Assembly: GCA_951406725.2 (NCBI GenBank)
Contig: OX597830.1
Coordinates: forward strand, 68,076,001-68,140,000
DNA length: 64,000 nucleotides
Direction of reading: 5' to 3'
DNA from: Octopus vulgaris
Taxonomy: Eukaryota
The notes under the pieces are model-generated. The model did no database searches. It was not told where the DNA came from and saw only the letters and a list, made by a program, of their open reading frames with translations. The position numbers and the translations under genes were made by a program. Below, one piece after another: positions 27,126-38,044 of the stretch. Within the stretch, counting starts at the first letter, position 1. Each line of letters begins with the position of its first letter.

Positions 27126-28609
27126 AAGGACCAAAACCCTTCAAAGGGATGTTAAACATCCGAGTCCACCAGTACAATCCAAGGAAAGAATATATAAAAA
27201 CAATATATTCAGTATTGGTATAATCAATAAATAAAGTATCAGGAAAGGAAAAAAATATAGGCGTAGATAATCTTTTAATCTTTAATCTAAAATTGGTACA
27301 AATCCAATAAAAATTCTACAAATTGTCTCCAGTCCTAATTAATTCCAAAAACAAAAATGAAGAAGTCCCTTTTGAAATCAGAATTAGGCTTTTCTTCAGG
27401 AATTACTTATTGGAATGAATATGTACCAGCAACAAAAAATATTTATAAACACCTTTAATAGCCCAGACAGGAACAAATAATTAAATAATGCTAGGAGGAA
27501 ATTACTTGAACGCCAAGCCGTTCAAAATAAGAAAAATATATATAAAAAAAACCAACTCCAGCGTTTGATTTATATAACAATTATGGATATATAAATATTT
27601 GATAACGACAATTATCATTACCGTCTAAACTATATATAAAGTTAATGAAACAAAACTTTGAAGGTGTGCCAGGTACTGAAATTCATAGGAGGCTTTTAGC
27701 ATGATACAAGGACAAATGTCTTGCTTCTGACTAGTGTTTGAAGTTTGCCCCGTTTTTATTGGGAGTTCATGGTTCAAATTAGCATATGTTTTGAATAGGA
27801 ATTGTTTTGTAGAGGATAGTCACATGACTAATCTTAGAAACTTTTGTGGCTTCTCCGCTACGTCCGTCCGTGTGTTAGTATTAAGTGACGATGTTTGGCG
27901 TTGTAAGTTAAGGCTGATACGGTTGACTGAACGAATCCAAACAATCAATGCTCTAAATGTTTTCTGCTAAATGTTTGTAGGGAATGAACACATGATTAAG
28001 TTTATAACCTTTTGTATGTTTCCCATTACGTCCGTGCTTTAGTGTCAGGTGACAGTATATTTTGCACCTAAAAAGAGGGCCGGCGTGGTTTAGGGAACAT
28101 GTTTATCTATTATCAAGACGCACACATTTGAACAACTTACAGATTTCAAAACTCTACTCAACAGCATAAACAATAATATTAACTTTACCATGGAATACAG
28201 TAAAACTCCACTACCAAGGGCAATATCAGGTTCCCAATAACTCAGTTCTAGTTCTGAGTAGTACAAGCTTAGCCAGTTCATCTGCCATTGTCCACCTTCT
28301 CCAGTTCAAATACTATTGTAATTAACTATTGTTGTTGTCTATATCTGTTTACTCTGTGACAGGGATCTTGAAAAGTTTGGTTATATTCTGTCTGGGTTCA
28401 ATTTTTAAATTTATCACCATGGGCGGTCTGACAAGAGTGCTAGATACCGTCTGCATTGGCCTCAGAGTTAATGAGCCATGCAAACCCCTACTACAATAAA
28501 GAGTGTCTATCAATATAATGCTACATCCTTTTCTGCTGTATTTTAGCGAATTCTGTTTTCAAACTCTTCTTGGTCTTGATGTACCCCTGTATCACATTGT
28601 CATGAGTTT

Positions 28610-28850
28610 GAGAATCAGACAAGTTCTTAAGAGAGATCAAATGGTAGTCTTGGATTATTACACAATGGTAAAAGAATGAGCTTTGGAAGCTCTAGGCAAA
28701 TCAATGAAGGATAGTATGACGATAGATTTCCAAAAGGCAGAGTAGCTGTGTTGTTGTCAAGTGACTTCCATCAGACCCAACCAGCGATCCCAAAATAAAA
28801 AAGTAACAATGAAATTCATGCCTTAATTCAGCATCACTTTAAACCAAAAT
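28610..28850 (+). mobile_element. Helitron PIF1-helicase remnant
   Basis: Decayed VLDYYTM..ALEAL.KSMKD and VAVLLSSDFHQT.PAIP, matching WDExTM..ALEALD and LLSGDFRQ.LPVIP. Confidence 0.6.
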
Positions 28851-29349
28851 TAAAGTCTTTAATTACGGAGATGTAATTGCATAGCAAGGGATTTGATCTG
28901 AGATCGTGTGCTGAAACAAAAACAATTTGAGCCTGCAAGATGTTTCTAAGCTATTCAAGAACATACAAAAACCGTTAGTTTCACTTCAACAATTAAATTT
29001 AACTTGTGTCCAAATACTTTCATTGCTTTGAACCCGCGACCTGTTCACTGACAAAATTTTGTGCTGCATCGGAGAAAGTAGCAGTTTATGATATATATGT
29101 GTGTTTACGTATGTATATATGTAAGATCACACTTGAGTGCTACTGGTAACATGTAACCCATTAAAATCTGTTGCATGGTTGGGTCGTCGGTGACTAAACT
29201 GGCAACCCCACCAAGCTTGCATGGTGAGTAAGATGATTGTTGGACAACCTGCGGGATGAAGAATAAGACCTGTTAGAAGGCGGAGGAACTCATAAGCTGT
29301 AAATGGCCATCCAACAAATATGTGTAAATATGTTTATATCAATGCAAGT

Positions 29350-31100
29350 GTTAGAAATGACTACGTTTCATGGCTTGTTTTAGGTGAACATGGGATTGAG
29401 AAATATATTAAAAATTGAGTAGCTCTTTTGACGTTTTGAACTGAGAATAATCTGGTTGTTACCAACAATCTGTTTAAGCAGAAAAATAAATATGAAACCA
29501 CCTGGATGCACCTATGATCTAAGCACTGGCATCTCATAGATTATATTTTGATCAGAAAATGTGATATGAAAGATGTTTCTAGTGTTTGGGTCATGAGAGG
29601 AGCAGAGGGCTGGACTAACCATTATCTAGTGTGTGGAAAAATAATTTTTTTGATAATGCCTAAAAGTTGACTGCTTGGTCCTATGGTATGCAAAAAGTTA
29701 AATGTTGCAAACTTCAAAACAATCTATGGGAAGATTTAGAAACAAAAGTATTTCAGGCTGCAAGTTCATCAGTGGGATTTAAATCGCGAACGTCCAGTGA
29801 CTAGTTCTCAGATAAAATCAACAGAAATTCATGACCTACTTTTCGAAAAACAATACTTAGGCAATACACTTCTTTCTCAGTCCTTGAACCCCAACTCAAA
29901 CAAAGCTTACCAAAAGCTGAAAGGCAAAGTGCTGACTGCTCCAAGGAAAATTAAAAAGGAATGGTGTAATGATAGAGTAAAAGAAGCAGCTTATAGAAAT
30001 GATGCCATGGGTTTGAACTCTTATGCCAAGGAACTATACAGCCCCAAATCCTCTTCAATAGCTCCAGTGAGAACAACAAATGGACGTTTGTTTCTGACTG
30101 ACACAGCTTCTATTCATAAGTGCTGGGTGGAACATTTTTCTGCACTTTTGAATAGACCGTCATCTGATGACATGAAGATGATAGAAAAATTTGAACACCT
30201 GGCTATAGAAGAGATGGCGTTTGAACCAACTCTGAATGACATTTATTTAGCTGTGAATAAGCTTAATAGCAATAAGTCTCTAGGGTCTGATGTAATCTGT
30301 GCAGAGGTCTTGAAATATGGGGGTGACAAAATGTTTGTACTCTTAACTATATTAATTAGTCAATGTTGGAGAACTAAGAAAATGCCTCAAGACTGGATTG
30401 ATGCCATTTGAGTTTCCTTGTATAAATCGGGGCCAAAGGATCTGTGTGGTAATTTTCGTGGGATTTAGCTTTTGTTTGTGGTTGGAAAGGTACTTGCCCG
30501 CGTTCTGTTAGAACGTTTAAATACCTTCATAGTTCCAAATAAGGTGTCTGATTCTTAATGTGATTTTTCACTCCTCCAGGAGAACAGTTGATTGTATCTT
30601 TACTATCAGACAATTTTAGGAAAAGTGCATTGAACAGAATCTTGCCCTATACCATTGCTTTGTTGATTGAAGCAAAGCATTCGATACTGTTAATCGAAAT
30701 GCTCTGTGACTAATTCTAAGGAAAATAGGTTGCCCAGAAAAATTTGTTAACATGGTCAGGGCTTTGCATCAAGATATGACAGCTAGAGTGATATTTTGTG
30801 TGTACAGTATGTGACAGATAATGCCTTTCTTTCGTTGGGCTCAAATATCATTTGTGAATCCATGGAAAGCAAATCTCCACCAGTTATTTTGCCTGTATGT
30901 CTGTGCACACCTTCCAATGCAATGTATGCCAGGAGGTTTGCAAATCTAACGGAGGCCTCAAAAGACATTTTAAGATCCACAAAGATCAGAACTTAACTGC
31001 AGCTCTTGGTGGTCTAAATCAGATATGCAATCTATGTGAATGGCCTTTCAAAATATTGTCTGGTTTAAAAAGCCACATCAGATGCCATGATGGTTCTAAA
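29350..31100 (+). mobile_element. RTE/BovB-like LINE, decayed (APE end, RT, C2H2 tail)
   Basis: TTWMH..SKHWHLIDYI, WVEHFSALLNRPS, PQDW.DA, FVD.SKAFDTVNR. Confidence 0.85.
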
Positions 31101-31147
31101 GCGTAGGTACAGGAGGTAGTCAAACTCTGCATGAAAAGTAGACAGCT

Positions 31148-31600
31148 GTATGTATGTATGTATGTATGTATGTATGTATGTATGTATGTATGTATGTATG
31201 TATGTATGTATGTATATATGTATGTATGTATGTGTACATGCGTATGCATGCATATACGCATGTATGTATGCATGCATGTATGTATGTATGTATGTATGTA
31301 TTTATGTATGTATGTACGTATGTACATATGTATTTGAGTATTTACATGTGTAGACGTGTCTGCATGTGTGTATATGTGTATGTACATGTAAACTTTTCTT
31401 TTTCCTTTTATTTTCATATAGTACATAGACATACACACACACACACATATGTAATATACATATATATACACAATACCCAAATTACATGCATATAAACATT
31501 CATACACGCATACATACTCATGTATGTATGTGTATGACTGTGTATATGCATGTGCATATGGGTATGTATGTTTGTATACACATATAGATGTATGTCTATG
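31148..31600. repeat. (TATG)n / (CATA)n simple repeat
   Basis: Direct observation. Confidence 0.95.
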
Positions 31601-32287
31601 TAAAATACAAAAGAAATGAGAAAAAAAAGGTTTTGAGTTTAACCGTTGTCTGTGAAAATAGAGACATATATATGTGTAGATGGATAAACATCTACACATA
31701 TATATTTATATGAAGATTATACATATAAATGTGTGTGTATATGTGTTTATATGATTGGTTGTGCCTGTACATATGTATAGGCATGTTTATATTTGCTTGT
31801 ATGTATCTATTCGACAGAGTAATAGTTCTATATACAACCTGAACAGAGAGGAAGGATAGCAACCAGGACACCAGCCCAAATGTAAAAACAGTATTCCATA
31901 AAAGATTACATAAAATATTTATAAAAATGAAGAATACATTTAGAGAAATCATAATGATGAGAACAATGTAGAGAATAAAACTTCAAAGAGAAAATTCAGT
32001 CATGTTTCAAACTTATTGTGACCTCATTAGCCAAGCACCGACATCACTGTACTTGTCAAAATTGTGATAGGAGTATCGTTGAGTAAAGGTGGATTGGATG
32101 GCATAGACAAATAGAATTGTCTCGATAGAAATATATTACCATTAACTTAACTATGACTTATAAAAGACTTGTTCCTTATTAAAAAGAGAAATTTCGTAAG
32201 ACGCATGTGTAAATTTAACAAGTTATTTTTAACATTTCATCTCAGCTCTATAGATTATGTTTAGATTTCTTTGCAATAACAACTTAC

Positions 32288-32447
32288 CTGGGATTTCATA
32301 TTGTGAAATAGTATATTCTAACTTTTTTCTGAACTCAGCTTCTACTCCAGGAGTTCCATCAACAAGGATAAAATGTGAATGATTAGGATCCAAAGCAGAT
32401 GTTGAGTCAATATCATGTTTTATCTCATAATTTGCAGGCCATGATCC
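32288..32447 (-). CDS. TRPM: TRPM-like exon (GSWPANYEIKHDIDSTSALDPNHSHFILVDGTPGVEAEFRKKLEYTISQYEIP)
   Basis: ttctag / gtaagt; 160 nt; LDPNHSHFILVD signature and E..FR..LE. Confidence 0.95.
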
Positions 32448-33189
32448 CTAGAAGTTAAATCAATATTTTATCTGTTTTACATATTATCAACATCATTGTA
32501 ATCTAACAATATAATAATACACGTTTTATTTGTTATGACACACAAAAGTACAGCAAAGTGGGACGGGAGGGGGAGCAAAGAGAGACAAAGAGAGAAGGGA
32601 AAGAGAGTGGGAGAGAAAGAGGGAGAGGTGGAAAGAGGGAGGGAGAGGTGGAAAGAGGGAGGGAGAGGAAGAAAGAATATAAGAATAAGGACTGAGATCT
32701 ACTGAATGTGTTGGTGGGGGAGGTTTTAATGTTCATAGGCATTAGAAAAAGGAACACCAATGAATTGCTATACAGACACATAATCACACCATCATGCAGA
32801 GACACACACAAATGGTACCTTGGGCAAGTGACAACTACTAAAGCCCAGGTGGCAACCAACGCCTTGTTAATGGATTTGGTAGACAGAAACTGTTCTGAAG
32901 CCTGTGGTGTATACATTTATTCGTTTGGCTCAGACAGGAAAAAGTATGTTCCATCATAGAAAAGTCAGTTGTTCTGCTGACATGAATATCACTCTGAAAA
33001 TTAAGGAGAAACAAATAATTATGGACAACTGCTTCGAAGCCTCTAGCTTCTATATCCAGATTATAAATTCACATTTATACCAATAATAACACTGTATAAC
33101 ATGATTTTTGTCCTCTGATAGCAGATGTTGTTTCCTAATTCCTTGCTCCTAGAAAGTATGAAAAATGGCTAATATTTGCTTCAAACTTG

Positions 33190-34860
33190 CTTCTGTTGCA
33201 TTTATTGAAACCCCAGAGAAGAATTCCCTTGAAGTCAAAAAATGGAAATGATGTTAAAGATCCTCCTGAAATAATGAGTAGATGGAGAGAATGCTTTGCA
33301 GATCTTTTCCACAGTCCTTCTGTGGTAAACATGGATGTCATAAATAACATTCCGCAAAGAGAACTAGTGTAGCACATGACTAAAACACTTTCAACAGAAG
33401 TAAATCTGGCATTGTATAAATTGAAATCAGGTAAAGTTCCTGGATTGGTGGGAATCATATTTCATCAGAAATTCATAGCCTATTAAGAATAAGGGCCCAA
33501 AATCAGTGTGTAGTAATTCTAAAAGGATAACCCCACTGGAACATACTGGGTAGATACTTCCAAGGATCATGTTAAATCGTCACATTGAAAATGTGTGTCA
33601 CCATGCAATTTCCGAGGAACAGTGTGGTTTCAGACCTGAGCAAGGAACAACGGAATTAATATTTTCTGTGAGGCAGGTTCAGGAGAAATGCATAGGGGAA
33701 CAAATGCCACTATACCAGGTCTTCATAGATTTAACCAAGGCATTTGCCACAATAAACAGAGAGGCTCTGTAGATCGTTTTGTGCAAACTTGGTTGCCCAA
33801 CACATTTTGTATGAATCTATAAGGAACTACATAGAAATGTGAAAGGTCAGGTGGTCTTTAATGGGGAGCTATCTTGTGAATTTTCGGTGAAGAACGGTGT
33901 CAAACAGGGAGACATTCCTGTTCCTTGACGCTTCTCTATGTGTGTTGCTACATTGATTTGGTATGCCTTCAACGATTGCAACAGGGGAATCAGGATCGGA
34001 TTTCGGATATCTAGTCACATTTATAATTTGACCTGATCTAAATGCAAAGCAAAGACTTCTAAAACGCTTGTTAGAGAATTGTTTTACGCTGATGGTGCTG
34101 ATTTGTTGGGACACTCAGAGGAGGATATTCGACAAATAACAGACAGATCTTTCACTACATATGCACTTTTCGGTTTCACAATTAGTCTTGGGAAAATCAA
34201 AGTAGTGTTTGCTCCCGCTCCAGTGCAAATATATTCTGAATCAAACATTTTTGTGAACGGAACAAGGTTAGAAGTCATTGATTCTTTTATATATTTTGGA
34301 AGCACACTGTCAAGAGATGTTGGTCTTGATGTAGAGATGTACTATCAAATAGGAAAGGCAAATGTTGCATTTGGAGAACTGGAAAAACGAGTATGATTGG
34401 ATAGTGGTATTTCCTTGCAAACAAAAACCGATGTCTATAAAACATGTGTATTGACTACACTTTTTTTTTTATTCAAGTGAGATGTGAACCACTCAGAGGC
34501 TTCATATGAAAATACTGGAGAGATTTCACCAAAAGTGAAATGTATGCTCTGGATTGGAACAAGTGGAGAAGTGCTGTTGCAAGACTTGGAACAAAAAGAT
34601 GATTCAGTGCTTTGAGCTTAAAAGGTTCTGTCAGAAAGGAACAATTGTAACCGAAATCGACAGTGAATATTGGCTATGTATTGTGTGCAATCGCGTTCTG
34701 TTGTCAAAAGCAGAAAATGTAAATAATATGAAGTCACATGAAAGTTGGAATACTCAGGCAGATAATAATCTTGAACCCTGGCCACTTTTAACAACGTATA
34801 ACATGTCACAAAATTTGTAAGATAATATCTAGACTTAATATACATATGCTGGTTCATAAA
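33190..34860 (+). mobile_element. RTE/BovB-like LINE RT, decayed
   Basis: EEQCGFRP, FIDLTKAF, GVKQGD, FYAD, FIYFGSTLS. Confidence 0.85.
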
Positions 34861-35137
34861 AAAACATTCCTTCAGAATCAGGTTCCGAGGACAAAGACGT
34901 AAAAGAGATTTGATTATCTATCACTTGTGTTTTATACCGTCAGTTAGCAGCTGGCCCCAAAAGGTCATCTGAGGGTTCATCAATTGAAAGACTTTGCCAT
35001 GTGATGGGGTACTGTGTGTGCGTTGATGGGATGGCTATCATCTGTCAAGATGAAGTAATCATCATCATCATCATCATTATCAGAAGAAAAAACAACAATG
35101 CACGAGAACGTGGTACATACAAAGTATTATTTAGAGG

Positions 35138-35176
35138 CTGTCTTACATTTCGAGCAAAGCTCTTCTTCAGAAACAG
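35138..35176 (-). ncRNA. Minimal hammerhead motif with an extra A before stem II
   Basis: Minus strand: ctgttt-CTGAAGA-a-gagc ttt gctc-GAAA-tg-TA-agacag. Confidence 0.55.
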
Positions 35177-35728
35177 GAGACAGAGGAAAGTCCAAGAGAA
35201 AAGGAAGACAGAAGAAAAAATCACCAACAATTCACATGTAGTTACATTTTGGAATGACCAGAAGGAGATAGACAAAGAAAAAGTTCTTTCTAAGACAGGA
35301 GAGTGTAAAAGGAGGGATATATGTGTATGTGTAAGTATATGCATGTGTGTGATAGCATGCGTGTATGTGTTTGTGTGTGTATATGTGTGTGTAGCAGTAA
35401 CTGAGTGTGTGTAGCAGTAACTGAGTGTGTGTAGCAGTAACTGAGTATGTGAGTGTATGTGGGTGGTGGTAACTGCGTGTGTGTGCATATGTGTTGTAAG
35501 TGGTAATAACTGTTTATATGTATGTGTGAGTGATCTTTGTATCTGTTAATGCTGGAGGAAGAATTCGGCAGCAATGGTACCAGAAGTAGTGGTCTTTGGT
35601 GTAGTTGTGTGGGTGCATATATCCTGTATGTATTAATTTCATCCTTGTGTACAAGTCGCATCGGTGGTTTTGAATCGTTTTGACTACCATCTTTCACCTA
35701 ATGGTGCTACAAGTATTACCCTTCATTT

Positions 35729-35781
<53 letters not shown>

Positions 35782-35977
35782 ATAATAATTCTCTAAAAGG
35801 GATATAGACAGTAACTGCTCGATAACATAAGGGACTAAAGCCATCTGAATATGGCTAGGGACAGGGCAGGGTGGTGGGGGTGTTACTGTTGCATTTAGCC
35901 CAGGCGAACATCGACGTCACCAGAAGGCTCGACACCGTCACGGTGCCCTTACCCTGCAAGGGAGGTAATTCCCCGAT

Positions 35978-36051
35978 GAAGCGGAAACCACACACGGACC
36001 ATGGTTTCAAGGTGTATTGCCTATCATCGGCGTGTGGTAGGCCTCCGCTTC
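35978..36051 (-). ncRNA. Type I hammerhead ribozyme (family A, copy 1)
   Basis: Minus strand: ccacacg-CCGATGA-taggcaatacacctt-GAAA-ccatgg-TC-cgtgtg; predicted cleavage between 35997 and 35996. Confidence 0.8.
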
Positions 36052-36620
36052 CTCGACGAATTCTCACTCTGCAGGATTTTCTTATATAGATTTTCAAGCA
36101 AAACACATTTGCTGATTACGAAAATCTGTTCGAAAGTAATAATAATTCTCTAAAAGGGATATAGACAGTAACTGCTCGATAACATAAGGGACTAAAGCCA
36201 TCTGAATATGGCTAGGGACAGGGCAGGGTGGTGGGGTGTTACTGTTGCATTTAGTCAGGCGAACATCGACGTCACCAGAAAGGCTCGACACCGTCACGGT
36301 GCCCTTACCCTGCAAAGGGAGGTAATTCCGCTTCATCGGGGAATAACCTCCCTTTGCAGGGTAAGGGCACCGTGACGGTGTCGAGCCTTTCTGGTGACGT
36401 CGATGTTCGCCTGGGGCTAAATGCAACAGTAACACCCCCACCACCCTGCCCTGTCCCTAGCCATATTCAGATGGCTTTAGTCCCTTATGTTATCGAGCAG
36501 TTACTGTCTATATCCCTTTTAGGGAATTATTATTACTTTCGAACAGATTTTCGTAATCAGCAAATGTGTTTTGCTTGAAAATCTATATAAGAAAATCCTG
36601 CAGAGTGAGAATTCGTCGAG

Positions 36621-36694
36621 GAAGCGGAGGCCTACCACACGCCGATGATAGGCAATACACCTTGAAACCATGGTCCGTGTGTGGTTTCCGCTTC
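36621..36694 (+). ncRNA. Type I hammerhead ribozyme (family A, copy 2)
   Basis: CCGATGA 36642-36648, GAAA 36664-36667, palindromic stem III ACCATGGT, GUC cleavage after 36675; stem I cacacg/cgtgtg extended by gaagcgga/tccgcttc. Confidence 0.82.
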
Positions 36695-36979
36695 ATCGGG
36701 GAATTACCTCACTTTGCAGGGTAAGGGCACCGTGACGGTGTCGAGCCTTTCTGGTGACGTCGATGTTCGCCTGGGGCTAAATGCAACAGTAACACCCCCA
36801 CCACCCTGCCCTGTCCCTGGCCATATTCAGATGGCTTTAGTCCCTTATGTTATCGAGCAGTTACTGTCTATATCCCTTTTAGGAATTATTATTACTTTCG
36901 AACAGATTTTCGTAATCAGCAAATGTGTTTTGCTTGAAAATCTATATAAGAAAATCCTGCAGAGTGAGAATTCGTCGAG

Positions 36980-37053
36980 GAAGCGGAGGCCTACCACACG
37001 CCGATGATAGGCAATACACCTTGAAACCATGGTCCGTGTGTGGTTTCCGCTTC
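36980..37053 (+). ncRNA. Type I hammerhead ribozyme (family A, copy 3)
   Basis: Same motif; core 37001-37007; cleavage after 37034, 359 nt from the previous site. Confidence 0.82.
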
Positions 37054-37339
37054 ATCGGGGAATTACCTCCCTTTGCAGGGTAAGGGCACCGTGACGGTGT
37101 CGAGCCATTCTGGTGACGTCGATGTTCGCCTGGGGCTAAATGCAACAGTAACACCCCCACCACCCTGCCCTGTCCCTAGCCATATTCAGATGGCTTTAGT
37201 CCCTTATGTTATCGAGCAGTTACTGTCTATATCCCTTTTAGAGAATTATTATTACTTTCGAACAGATTTTCGTAATCAGCAAATGTGTTTTGCTTGAAAA
37301 TCTATATAAGAAAATCCTGCAGAGTGAGAATTCGTCGAG

Positions 37340-37413
37340 GAAGCGGAGGCCTACCACACGCCGATGATAGGCAATACACCTTGAAACCATGGTCCGTGTG
37401 TGGTTTCCGCTTC
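37340..37413 (+). ncRNA. Type I hammerhead ribozyme (family A, copy 4)
   Basis: Same motif; core 37361-37367; cleavage after 37394, 360 nt from the previous site. Confidence 0.82.
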
Positions 37414-37612
37414 ATCGGGGAATTACCTCACTTTGCAGGGTAAGGGCACCGTGACGGTGTCGAGCCTTTCTGGTGACGTCGATGTTCGCCTGGGGCTAAA
37501 TGCAACAGTAACACCCCCACCACCCTGCCCTGTCCCTAGCCATATTCAGATGGCTTTAGTCCCTTATGTTATCGAGCAGTTACTGTCTATATCCCTTTTA
37601 GGGAATTATTAT

Positions 37613-37656
<44 letters not shown>

Positions 37657-37657
<1 letters not shown>

Positions 37658-38040
37658 CAATAATAAATCTCTGAACGAGATGTAAACAGTAAGCGCTCGA
37701 CAACGTAAAGTATACTAGCCATCTCAATATGGCTAACCACTAGGGGTGGGTGTTACTGTAGCTTTTTAGCCCCAGGAGATCATCGTCTCCAGCTGGCTTT
37801 AGACACAATTTCTGTGCCCTTATGATATTTGCAAAGGGAAGTCATCCCCTCTCGTAAACCTAAGTGATACGCATGGACTGCAGTTTCGAGATTACTGTCT
37901 CTTGTCAACACACGGTAATCACCGGTTTTTGATGAGGAGAGACCTGTTTGCGAATATCTATTTAATGTTTTTCCCAGTAACCACTGTCACTGATTTCGAA
38001 AAACGGTCTGAAAGCAATAATAAATCTCTGAACGAGATTT
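37657..38040 (-). mobile_element. Retrozyme-like element family B (357-bp unit plus ~27-bp terminal redundancy)
   Basis: Diverged homolog of family A; gcaataataaatctctgaacgaga occurs at 37657 and 38014; abuts (TA)n. Confidence 0.8.
37864..37922 (-). ncRNA. Type I hammerhead ribozyme with U3-A8 core (family B)
   Basis: Minus strand: gtgattaccgtgtg-TTGACAA-gaga cagtaa tctc-GAAA-ctgcag-TC-catgcgtatcac. Confidence 0.82.
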
Positions 38041-38044
38041 TAGA

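Larger units (their letters stand above)
35779..37615. mobile_element. Retrozyme-like tandem array (family A, 357-360 bp unit), fold-back: ~1.5 units on minus plus ~3.6 units on plus
   Basis: Near-identical tandem units, each complete unit containing a type I hammerhead; flanked on both sides by (TA)n; orientation switches at 36326-36340. Confidence 0.88.

Noticed and set aside
35973-36008. CCGATGA-agcg-GAAA-cca on the strand antisense to the ribozyme
   Set aside because: No stem I or II; it is the mirror image of the anti-hammerhead pairing
36110-36145. Opposite-polarity hammerhead (CTGATTA...GAAA; also CTGATTT...GAAA at ~37990)
   Set aside because: G8 is missing and no stem I or III can be built; treated as the antisense of the conserved insertion motif, so there is no support for an ambisense ribozyme pair
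35779-37615. CRISPR-like or plain satellite interpretation
   Set aside because: No unique spacers and a eukaryotic context; hammerheads and defined ends point to a retrozyme
35855-37663. Repeated ORFs across the 360-bp array
   Set aside because: Short, frames shift between copies, no protein motif; conservation is explained by RNA structure
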